Virus record (IMG/VR): IMGVR_UViG_3300036791_000264
Location: 50,523 to 114,522 of that record
Direction: 5' to 3' (one strand)
Source: a virus
DNA length: 64,000 nucleotides
Shown here: positions 1 through 7,637 of the stretch, in pieces
How the letters are laid out: each line of letters begins with the position of its first letter
Numbering within the stretch: position 1 is the first letter of the stretch
The notes under the pieces: model-generated
Database searches by the model: none
The model's input: the letters and a program-made list of their open reading frames with translations, nothing else
Told to the model about the DNA's origin: nothing
Program-made: the position numbers and the translations under genes

Positions 1-64
1 GGAGGCTGAGCGGTCTCTGGCCCTCTTCCAGTAGCCAGTGTCACGCCTGTCTCGTCGCCAGATT

Positions 65-961
65 TTAAGAGCCGACGCCACTGGCCTTGTTGCCCACCCT
101 CACCAGGCGCCGCCTGGGAAGCTCAGTGACGGTAGCTATGGGTTCGTGCTGGCTGCTCCTGCCAGCACCGGCAGCTACGAGCTTCCGTACTCGCTTGGCA
201 GGAGTCTTCGGCTTGGCCTGCTCTCGCTCCTTGAGTCGCTTGGCTCGTGCCCTCTCCAGGCTCCGCTGCTTGGCCTTGTCAGCCGCCCTGGCCTCCTTGG
301 ACCCAGGTGGCAACCCGTCCTTCCTGGGGCGCCCACGAGGTCGCACAGACCCCTCTGGTCGGTTCTTGGCGGCTCCAGGCGGCGGTGTGGAAAATGCTGT
401 CTTGGTGAAGGCGTGTCGAGGACCGAACTTTGTCCGGGATCCAGGGCTGTTGAAGTCCAGGGTGGCCTTGGACTCGGACTCCAGGGGGACCGCCGGCAAG
501 ACGTACTGAGGGCTGGGCCTGGTCTGCACCACGATCTTGAAGCTGGTGTTAGCCAGGGCCAGGGCGTCCTCGACATGCACCGGCAGCCCGTTCGTTGGCC
601 CGGTGTTGAAGATCGAGTCAGCCCACGCCTCGACGTCCTCCTGGGTCTTGATCTGCTTGTTCAGCAGGGCCTTGACCCGTACCCCTAGCTTCTCTAGCTG
701 GGGGATGGTGTCAGGGAAGGCTTCCAGCAGCTTGACGGCACTCTGTCGCAGCTTGTCGACCCGCTCAGGGTCAGACGAGTACTCCATGCCAGGCCAGATG
801 ACGGCAGTGTTCTTGAACCACGTCCAGGTGTCGTCGTGGAACACCGGGATGTAGCCCACACGCCCCAGCTTGATGGTGCCATTGAAGCCTGCGATTTTTT
901 GCCAAGCCTCAGTTTCGTTCAACTCCACTCTCCAGATCACTAGCTCTAGCAACGGTCTCAT
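65..961 (-). CDS. hypothetical protein with AT-hook and basic C-terminal tail
   Basis: 298 aa ORF; contains RPRGRPRK (AT-hook core RGRP) and ends PRRRLVRVGNKASGVGS; true start may be slightly downstream. Confidence 0.6.
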   Translation of the reverse strand: MRPLLELVIWRVELNETEAWQKIAGFNGTIKLGRVGYIPVFHDDTWTWFKNTAVIWPGMEYSSDPERVDKLRQSAVKLLEAFPDTIPQLEKLGVRVKALLNKQIKTQEDVEAWADSIFNTGPTNGLPVHVEDALALANTSFKIVVQTRPSPQYVLPAVPLESESKATLDFNSPGSRTKFGPRHAFTKTAFSTPPPGAAKNRPEGSVRPRGRPRKDGLPPGSKEARAADKAKQRSLERARAKRLKEREQAKPKTPAKRVRKLVAAGAGRSSQHEPIATVTELPRRRLVRVGNKASGVGS

Positions 962-1262
962 GCAAGTTCCGCTCTAGGGGTGAGTCGCTCAGGATACGCG
1001 GAGCCTTCCCACGAATCCAGACGCCTAGCGCGAAGGCATGATGTTTTTTCCGAAGCATAATACCCAGGCCACGCCGCCAGGGTGGGGTGATCTCTCGGGT
1101 GAGGGCTATGGAGAGGCGCCGCTGGTGGGGGTTCGGCTGGCCGCTCCAGGTGTAGAAAATCCACCAGGACTTGGTGTTGTCAGGAACTGAAGAGGCGTCG
1201 GGCAGGCTGGGTAGTACCCAGTCGTTTTCCTCCGGATCTCGGCTGTCGGGGTGGATCTCCAA
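909..1262 (-). CDS. hypothetical protein
   Basis: ORF in the tightly packed minus-strand run; aromatic-rich, globular-looking sequence. Confidence 0.45.
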   Translation of the reverse strand: MEIHPDSRDPEENDWVLPSLPDASSVPDNTKSWWIFYTWSGQPNPHQRRLSIALTREITPPWRRGLGIMLRKKHHAFALGVWIRGKAPRILSDSPLERNLHETVARASDLESGVERN

Positions 1263-1368
1263 GAACCTTTTCGTTCTCTGCTAGGGCTTCATCGATCTGG
1301 GCTAAGAGAGCGTCAATCCGCTCATTCAGCACAGGGGCTTTTTTCGGCGGATCGCACTTTTTCGGCAT
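1180..1368 (-). CDS. small Pup (prokaryotic ubiquitin-like protein)-like peptide
   Basis: ATG 2 nt after the upstream stop; LNERIDALLAQIDEALAEN aligns with the Pup helix LTEETDDLLDEIDDVLEEN; lacks terminal GGQ/GGE. Confidence 0.55.
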   Translation of the reverse strand: MPKKCDPPKKAPVLNERIDALLAQIDEALAENEKVLGDPPRQPRSGGKRLGTTQPARRLFSS

Positions 1369-1370
1369 GG

Positions 1371-1853
1371 CTACTCAATGCTCCCCCAGCCTCCGCGTCC
1401 ATACGGGTAAGCGTTCAGGACGGCGTTGATGTACCTCCCAGGACTCTCCACTCGCTTGAAGCGGTTCCAGATCCTGGGGGGCACATTTTCGTAATGCCAG
1501 GGAGTCCCGTCGCGAAAAATAACCTCCAGTTGTTGCCGATTGCGGGAATACCTGGCTTGCAGCGTCCGGGGCCTAGGAGGGTTGATCGTCCTCGTCGGCC
1601 AGTAGTAGTCCCAGGCCGGATCCGGTGTGGGGCCGAATGGGCCTTGTGTGCCGTGTGGCTCCTCGTCGGAAACCAGGGGGAAATCCTCAGGCCGCACGTA
1701 CTGGGGGTGCAGCCTGAGCATGGCATTACGGGCGCGCTCCTCCCGTGCCTGGGAGTAGCTGTCGTAACCGCGGGCCTTCTCCCGTTCGTTGCGTACTGCG
1801 AAGTAGCTGATGCCCCTCCGGGTCGCCTCGCCCCGGATGGACTCTCTGGGCAT
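1371..1853 (-). CDS. KTSC domain protein
   Basis: C-terminal ARYSRNRQQLEVIFRDGTPWHYENVPPRIWNRFKRVESPGRYIN matches the KTSC pattern. Confidence 0.8.
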   Translation of the reverse strand: MPRESIRGEATRRGISYFAVRNEREKARGYDSYSQAREERARNAMLRLHPQYVRPEDFPLVSDEEPHGTQGPFGPTPDPAWDYYWPTRTINPPRPRTLQARYSRNRQQLEVIFRDGTPWHYENVPPRIWNRFKRVESPGRYINAVLNAYPYGRGGWGSIE

Positions 1854-1857
1854 GCTG

Positions 1858-2166
1858 CTAAGGGGCGGTCAGGCCAGGGATGGAGGGTCTCATGACCGGC
1901 ACCTGTGCCCCAGCCGAGTTCAGCACGAATGCCTTCTGGTCGGTCCAGCCTCCGAAGGGGTCGACGGCATTGATCGTGACCCAGTTGCCGGGGCTGGCAA
2001 GGCCGGGGTACGGCGGGATCGAGGTGGTCATGTTGATGAGGTCGGGGATCGGCCCCACGCCGGGGAATACAGAGTTCGGTACATAGGGAGTGCCAGGCGG
2101 GTTGGGAGCAGTCGGCATGCTGCCGCCGCCTTGTGCCGTCCAGGCCCTCCAGTCCGCTACGCCCAT
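1858..2166 (-). CDS. hypothetical Pro/Gly-rich protein (possibly virion)
   Basis: GAAGGA SD upstream; packed between neighbours. Confidence 0.5.
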   Translation of the reverse strand: MGVADWRAWTAQGGGSMPTAPNPPGTPYVPNSVFPGVGPIPDLINMTTSIPPYPGLASPGNWVTINAVDPFGGWTDQKAFVLNSAGAQVPVMRPSIPGLTAP

Positions 2167-2167
2167 G

Positions 2168-2509
2168 TCATCCTTCTTTCACTCGCATCACGGGGGTGCC
2201 CTTCATTTGGGCCAGTCTGGCTCGGACGAGGTAGAGATCCTGAAGCACCCCGTCGATGATGTCGATCTGCCGGCCTGGGTCGGTTTCCTCCACCATCTGG
2301 TTCAACTCGCCCAGGACGTTTCTTGTCCGCTGATCCCAGGACAACATCGGCACCTTGGGCTTGACGGCCCGTGCTTGATGCTCCTGGTCGAAATGGGCCT
2401 GGACGTCGGTCTCGATGGAGGTGTTGCAGAGGTAACACCAGCCCTTGAGTACCTGGGTGTCAGACACGGGATCAAGCCTAGGTGGTCGGGGTGGCGCGAC
2501 CTGGGGCAC
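2168..2509 (-). CDS. hypothetical protein with C2H2-like motif
   Basis: CYLC...HFDQEH; start uncertain. Confidence 0.45.
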   Translation of the reverse strand: MPQVAPPRPPRLDPVSDTQVLKGWCYLCNTSIETDVQAHFDQEHQARAVKPKVPMLSWDQRTRNVLGELNQMVEETDPGRQIDIIDGVLQDLYLVRARLAQMKGTPVMRVKEG

Positions 2510-2522
2510 TTAGGCTTGAGGC

Positions 2523-2792
2523 GTGTCCATCCCCTTCTCAACCAAGCAGTTTGAGAAAAAACCCAACCCGAAAATGCCCCGCACCACGGTGCGTTTAGAC
2601 AAGCTCGACGCCACCCAGGGCAAGCTCGATCAGAAGAAGGTTCAGAGCATCGCTCAGAGGGGGGCTGACGATGGCACTGACCCGATAGTGGCCCCGTTCA
2701 AGGGCAGGTATCGAGTCCTCGACGGCCACCACCGAGTGGCCGGCGCCATGGAGCGCGGTGACACCAAGATCAAGGTCAAGAGGGTCAAGTGA
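2523..2792 (+). CDS. ParB/sulfiredoxin-like nuclease domain protein
   Basis: PIVAPFKGRYRVLDGHHRVAGA...GDTKIKV is the ParB N-terminal DGHHR motif; N-terminal FSTKQF tag. Confidence 0.75.
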   Translation: MSIPFSTKQFEKKPNPKMPRTTVRLDKLDATQGKLDQKKVQSIAQRGADDGTDPIVAPFKGRYRVLDGHHRVAGAMERGDTKIKVKRVK

Positions 2793-2995
2793 AGAAGCCG
2801 CCCCCAGGCCGCACGCCTAGGGCCACGAACATCTCCAGCTTCTACGACGGCGCCAACGGTTCCCGTCACCCTGGTGACTGGCCCACGCTGCTGCGTCGTT
2901 CCTGGGAGGAACGCTTCGGCCAGACCCAGCCCTACCCGCACGCGTCCGACAACATCGAGAGCCGCGGCGCCAGAGCCAGTCAGTACACGAGTTGA
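2789..2995 (+). CDS. hypothetical protein
   Basis: 4-nt start/stop overlaps with both neighbours. Confidence 0.5.
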   Translation: MKKPPPGRTPRATNISSFYDGANGSRHPGDWPTLLRRSWEERFGQTQPYPHASDNIESRGARASQYTS

Positions 2996-3513
2996 GCGTC
3001 GTCCTGGTCGCCATCGAGGGGGTGCTGGGGGAGAGCAGTGTCATCCACGGCTTCTATCCCATCCCGGACGGGGTCAAGCTGGCCCACGCTCTGCGCTCGG
3101 GCTACCGCCTGCACTTCAGCAGTGTCCAGGCCGGCGCGGAGGCGGTTGAACACTGGCTGCTGATCAACGGCATGAGCCAGCCGGCCTTCTACGAGAACTT
3201 GATAGTCAGGGACTCAAGATGGACCGATTTGTCCGATTCCATGCTCAGGGCAGAGCATGCCGCCCACCTGAGGCGCACGGGGGTTGACCTGGGCTTGGTC
3301 GTGTCCGGAGACCCCGCCACCATCCTCCTGGTGAGCGAAATGGGGGTGCCGGCGCTGCTGTTCACCAACCCCACCTATCGCTGGGGTGAGTACCGGCCCG
3401 ACAAGAAGAGGATGCCCAAGCCCTGGCAGGACATCGATGACGAGATGGTCCGACAGATGGAGCTAAAGGCCGGTGATCCCCGGCTCAGGGAGTACGAGGG
3501 AGAGCAAGTATGA
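2992..3513 (+). CDS. HAD-fold-like protein, catalytic Asp residues absent
   Basis: VVLVAIEGVL in place of hhhDhDGVL; later PIPDG...LAHAL pattern typical of phage HAD proteins. Confidence 0.5.
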   Translation: MSVVLVAIEGVLGESSVIHGFYPIPDGVKLAHALRSGYRLHFSSVQAGAEAVEHWLLINGMSQPAFYENLIVRDSRWTDLSDSMLRAEHAAHLRRTGVDLGLVVSGDPATILLVSEMGVPALLFTNPTYRWGEYRPDKKRMPKPWQDIDDEMVRQMELKAGDPRLREYEGEQV

Positions 3514-3746
3514 GCATGGAAGCCCTGTCCAACAAGCAGTTCAACACCGAGAAGTCGATGCTGTCCCAGGGCAACGAGGACGAGCTTGCCACCAGGGTCC
3601 GCGGCATCCAGAACCTGACCTCCAACGTCTTCCGGCCCGCCTTCTCCTCCGACTACACCAAGGTTCACTCGATGCCCTCTGGCACCCAGTTCGGTGAAAA
3701 CCGCCAGATGTCAGAGGGCATGGCAGAGGGAGAGGAAGAGGAGTGA
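3510..3746 (+). CDS. small protein with N-terminal ALSNKQF tag
   Basis: ATGA overlap with upstream gene; shared tag. Confidence 0.65.
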   Translation: MSMEALSNKQFNTEKSMLSQGNEDELATRVRGIQNLTSNVFRPAFSSDYTKVHSMPSGTQFGENRQMSEGMAEGEEEE

Positions 3747-3749
3747 GTC

Positions 3750-4730
3750 ATGAGCGCGCTGGAGTCCCTTGGCGCCCAGTTCCACGGGTTCACGGGCGGG
3801 CCTGCTGAGGCCCACGCCATTGTCAACCCGCCACGACAGGATCGTGACCAGGAGTACTCGCTAGAACATGGGTGGCGCGACAAGCCGAAGGCTGAGCAGG
3901 GCAGGCTGTTCTCTCCTGAGTCGGTAGCTCGGCCTGAGGCCCACCAGCAGACTCCAGAGCGGTTCGCTGCTGATCCTCGGACGTGGTGGCATGGACGTGT
4001 CACAAAGGGCGGTCCTCAGGGCCGGCTGGGCGGCAGTGGCGTAGGTCGAGGGGAGGGCTTCCACGCCGGCACAGAGGGCGCCGCCCGCCAGCGCGTCACT
4101 CAGAACATCAAGCGTCGGGGCCTCAAGGAGGGCATGTCCGGTCACATGTATCCTCTGCGGATCACGGGACCGGTAGAGGGGCCAGAGAACTTGCAGCCCG
4201 ACGTCAACGTCCATCGGGAGCTTGGTCCGCATCGGTATGGAGCCTGGGGTGGAGCATCCACCGGGGGTCGCTCTACGGGCTATCTCTACGAGAACAAAGT
4301 CGAAGGTGCCGGTTCGATCTCGGTCGGAGTGCCACAACGTAAGGGCTTTATGTCCACTCACCGGGAGATGGTCAAGTCCGCACAGCAGCGCGGTGAGAAG
4401 GTTCACCCCAACATCGCCTGGGCAGCCAAGACGGCCCCGGAACATACCGGGGAGAAGATCAAGGAGGTGCGTAGATACAGCAGCACGCCGCCCCAGGGTC
4501 ATCAACAGGGACTGCACGAACAGTTCCCTGAAGGCAATCGCATAGTGGATCAGGGTGGAACATACGATCCTCGCCGTAGGGAAGCCTTCATGGGGTTGCA
4601 TCCCGAACCCACCAGGACGCACCGGACCAGCTACACCACCGAGTCCGGTCGACAGAAGGGCGTTTACGCCTTCAGTACCGATCAGCCCGGTAGCGCTCTG
4701 CTGAGTAAGCAGTGGCAGCCAATGTCATGA
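3750..4730 (+). CDS. putative ADP-ribosyltransferase-fold (ART-PolyVal-like) protein
   Basis: WWHG ... GFHAGTxxAAxxR ... YPLRI ... GYLYENxxEGxGSIS order resembles phage ART-like domains. Confidence 0.5.
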   Translation: MSALESLGAQFHGFTGGPAEAHAIVNPPRQDRDQEYSLEHGWRDKPKAEQGRLFSPESVARPEAHQQTPERFAADPRTWWHGRVTKGGPQGRLGGSGVGRGEGFHAGTEGAARQRVTQNIKRRGLKEGMSGHMYPLRITGPVEGPENLQPDVNVHRELGPHRYGAWGGASTGGRSTGYLYENKVEGAGSISVGVPQRKGFMSTHREMVKSAQQRGEKVHPNIAWAAKTAPEHTGEKIKEVRRYSSTPPQGHQQGLHEQFPEGNRIVDQGGTYDPRRREAFMGLHPEPTRTHRTSYTTESGRQKGVYAFSTDQPGSALLSKQWQPMS

Positions 4731-5125
4731 GTCACCGCGCCCTCAACTCGGAGCAGTTCCGGTCCTTCAAGGCTGACCCCGACGAACCCGGTGGTAGGGG
4801 GTACCACACTGTCGAGGTCTGGCATCCCGAACATGTCGGGACTGAGTGGGCACAGGCTCGCCCCCAGGAACGTGACCGGTACACAGGATCGAGTGCGGAT
4901 CCTGGGCACCGTCCCATCGGCTCGATCTCATGGCACCACCGGACTGGTGAGATCCTTGGCATGCATGTGGTGCCCGAACATCAACGCCAGGGCGTAGCGA
5001 CGGCTATGCACCGTCACGCCCATGAACTCGCGGCCACGAGTGGCGTCGTTCATCCTGAACACTCCTCCTATCGCACCCCTGCTGGTGACGCCTGGGCACG
5101 TTCGACTGGGGAGCGGCTTCCATGA
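4727..5125 (+). CDS. GNAT-family acetyltransferase-like protein
   Basis: ATGA overlap at 4727; HVVPEHQRQGVATAM is acetyl-CoA-binding motif A; HSSYRTPAGDAWA. Confidence 0.7.
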   Translation: MSHRALNSEQFRSFKADPDEPGGRGYHTVEVWHPEHVGTEWAQARPQERDRYTGSSADPGHRPIGSISWHHRTGEILGMHVVPEHQRQGVATAMHRHAHELAATSGVVHPEHSSYRTPAGDAWARSTGERLP

Positions 5126-5472
5126 GCCAGCGCGCCCTAAATAACGAGCAGTTCGGGGACTACACCTTGGAGTACGCCAAGCCGGATATGTACATCCCTA
5201 GGCACCGTATTGTGGCGAGTAAGGAGGGGCAACGGGCCGGGGAGATGACCTGGCATCCCAAGACCCATGCTGTCACTGGCATCAATGTGGAGGAGGGTGA
5301 GCGTCGCCAGGGACTGGCTACGGCCATGTGGAAGATGGGCCAGAACGTGCGCCCTAAGCCGGTGCATTCCGCTGATCGCACCACCGCTGGGGAAGCCTGG
5401 GCCAAGTCGGTGGGAGGACGCTTGCCTCGTCGTAAGCCGGTGCTGGACCCGATCTCCAGGAGGGAAGTGTGA
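5122..5472 (+). CDS. GNAT-family acetyltransferase-like protein (paralog of 4727)
   Basis: NVEEGERRQGLATAM; HSADRTTAGEAWA. Confidence 0.7.
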   Translation: MSQRALNNEQFGDYTLEYAKPDMYIPRHRIVASKEGQRAGEMTWHPKTHAVTGINVEEGERRQGLATAMWKMGQNVRPKPVHSADRTTAGEAWAKSVGGRLPRRKPVLDPISRREV

Positions 5473-5600
5473 GCCGGCGCGCCCTGAGTCCGCAGCAGTT
5501 CGACCTCATGGTGACCAACGAGCGCGAGGTGGAACAGAAGAGGCGCGAGGATAGGGCTGGGATCCAGTGCCCAGAGGACGAGGATAAGGATGAGCGTTGA
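5469..5600 (+). CDS. 43 aa peptide with N-terminal ALSPQQF tag (not in ORF track)
   Basis: GTGA overlap; translates MSRRALSPQQFDLMVTNEREVEQKRREDRAGIQCPEDEDKDER*. Confidence 0.6.
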   Translation: MSRRALSPQQFDLMVTNEREVEQKRREDRAGIQCPEDEDKDER

Positions 5601-7017
5601 GCTTTACTTCGGTGGCGCAGAGGTGCCCACCTGGCGCAAGCTGCTGGCCCAGGAGCGCGTCCCCCACATCGGCATCAACTACCTCCACCTGAAGGCTCGC
5701 CTGCCCCAGGAGAAGCCCTGGAGCCTGGCTCAGCACTTCCCTGAGGAAGCCAAGCTGTTCCTGGTGTCAGGCGCCTCAGGCACCGAGAAGAAGGGCTGGA
5801 GCCAGGATCAGCACGAGGCGTTCTTCGCCGGCTACTTCGACTTCGTCCGGGCCAACATTGAGCGGCTGGCCTACTTCACCGAGTACGACCCCCTGGGCCT
5901 GGGCCTGGAGTGGGTGCTGGGCCAGCGCGAGGTCTGGGCGGGCCTGGCCGACGACAAGCTGGTGCCCATCTGGCACGAGACCTGGGGTGCGCCTCTGCTC
6001 AGGGACATGGTCGAGGCGCACCCCAATCTGGGGGTGCCTCCTGTCACGCCCAGGCTCCAGAACGTACTGGGGAGCCTGGTCAGGCGCACGAGGATTTCCC
6101 TGCACGGGCTGTCCTTCGGCCACCCCTATGATGCTCCTGGCGGTCTTTATCGCACCATTGTCTCCTCGTCGTGGATCTCCCCCACCCGCTTCGGGGAGAC
6201 CGTGGTGTGGGATCAGAACCGCCTGCGGCGCTATCCCGCCGACGAGAAGGCCAAGATCCGCATCCGGCATGCCCAGCACTTCACCCAGGCCGGCTTCGAC
6301 GCGAAGAAGATCCAGGCTGACGACCGCAAGGAGGTGGCCCGGTACACCATCTGGGCTTGGCGGCAGATGGAGGAGTCCATGGTGGGTCCAGGATCAACTC
6401 ACGAAGGCAACGGGCGAGTCTCGGATAACGGCTCTGTGCCCGTCGATCTAGTTGGTCACGGTGCCGTGGAACGACACCAAAACGGTTCTGATGGCCGAGA
6501 GGTCATGCCGGTGTTCGGCTTCCGCCCGGTGACCTCCACGATCCCCAACCCGGACGGCGCCGGCACCGTCGAGGTGACCAGCCAGGTGGCGGTAATGGGG
6601 CAGGCCAGCCTACGTAGCTGCAACTCCTGCTCCCTGGCCGTGGTGTGCCCGCTGCACGAGCCAGGCTCGGAGTGCAAGTACTCGATCCCGGTCGAGATCC
6701 GCAACCGTGATCAACTGTTGGGCATCCTGCACTCGCTCCTGGAGATGCAGGGCCAGCGCGTGGCCTTCGGCTTCTTCACAGAGCAGCTTCAAGGGGGCTA
6801 TCCCGACGCTAACCTGTCGATGGAGTTGGACCGGTTCATGAAGATGACCCAGTCGGTTAAGGACATCCAGGACAACCGGGACTTCTTGAAGGTGACGGTG
6901 GAGGGGCGTGCCCAGGCGGGAGTGTTATCCAGGCTGTTCGGAGCCGAGAGAGCCGAGTCGTTGCGTCGAGTCGATCCCGACAAGGCCGAGAACGCTGTCC
7001 GCAGAACGATGGAGTAA
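5590..7017 (+). CDS. TGT/DpdA-like TIM-barrel protein with C-terminal Cys cluster (degenerate active site)
   Basis: LFLVSGA, VPIWH, LHGL and VSSSW resemble the DSGA / PVxH / HGL / DSSSW motifs; CxxC-x5-C-x8-C near the C-terminus. Confidence 0.5.
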   Translation: MSVELYFGGAEVPTWRKLLAQERVPHIGINYLHLKARLPQEKPWSLAQHFPEEAKLFLVSGASGTEKKGWSQDQHEAFFAGYFDFVRANIERLAYFTEYDPLGLGLEWVLGQREVWAGLADDKLVPIWHETWGAPLLRDMVEAHPNLGVPPVTPRLQNVLGSLVRRTRISLHGLSFGHPYDAPGGLYRTIVSSSWISPTRFGETVVWDQNRLRRYPADEKAKIRIRHAQHFTQAGFDAKKIQADDRKEVARYTIWAWRQMEESMVGPGSTHEGNGRVSDNGSVPVDLVGHGAVERHQNGSDGREVMPVFGFRPVTSTIPNPDGAGTVEVTSQVAVMGQASLRSCNSCSLAVVCPLHEPGSECKYSIPVEIRNRDQLLGILHSLLEMQGQRVAFGFFTEQLQGGYPDANLSMELDRFMKMTQSVKDIQDNRDFLKVTVEGRAQAGVLSRLFGAERAESLRRVDPDKAENAVRRTME

Positions 7018-7258
7018 GCGCGCCCTCTACTGGACCCTCTTCGTCATGGCTACGGCGGTGGTGGTGCTACTGGGACTCTGCCTGGGGATCCTCCTCGCCT
7101 TGATGACCTCCTAGGCGGGTCCATGAAGATCTGATCGGCGTGGTGCTTGGCCCGTGCGAACTGGCCCCAGCCGCCTCGCTCCTCCAGGTAGTCCACCCAG
7201 GCTTTCCACTCCCAGTGCCTGGCTCGCCACAGCCGCCATCTCCACCGTATTTTTTTCA

Positions 7259-7525
7259 CTAGTCAGGCAGCCTTTTGTTCTTGATTTTCTGAGACTCTAC
7301 CGCTTTCTGGTGGAAGTAGTCGGCTATGTCGAGTTGCTGCTGGTACACGTCAGGGTCCATGTCATCGGCCATGAGATCGAGGACGGTCAGGATGGCGTTG
7401 GTGTAGGCATGCAGGGCACTGCTGGCGTAAACATCCTTGAGGCGGATAACCACAGCGTCATCCACAAGTTCTCCACTGATCTTGTGGACAACGTACTTGG
7501 CTTGCTCTTCTTCGATCTGAGTCAT
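7259..7525 (-). CDS. hypothetical protein
   Basis: MTQIEEEQAKYVV...VIRLKDVYASSALHAY; start re-assigned to ATG 7525. Confidence 0.55.
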   Translation of the reverse strand: MTQIEEEQAKYVVHKISGELVDDAVVIRLKDVYASSALHAYTNAILTVLDLMADDMDPDVYQQQLDIADYFHQKAVESQKIKNKRLPD

Positions 7526-7637
7526 GGCGCCAGCCTGACAGGACGAGCCGGCGCGACAGGGGCCTGGGGGGAATCGCCTCCGGAGGTAATCCCCGGTGCC
7601 CACGGCTACCCAGGTGGCCGTCGTTACGCTCGGAGCT

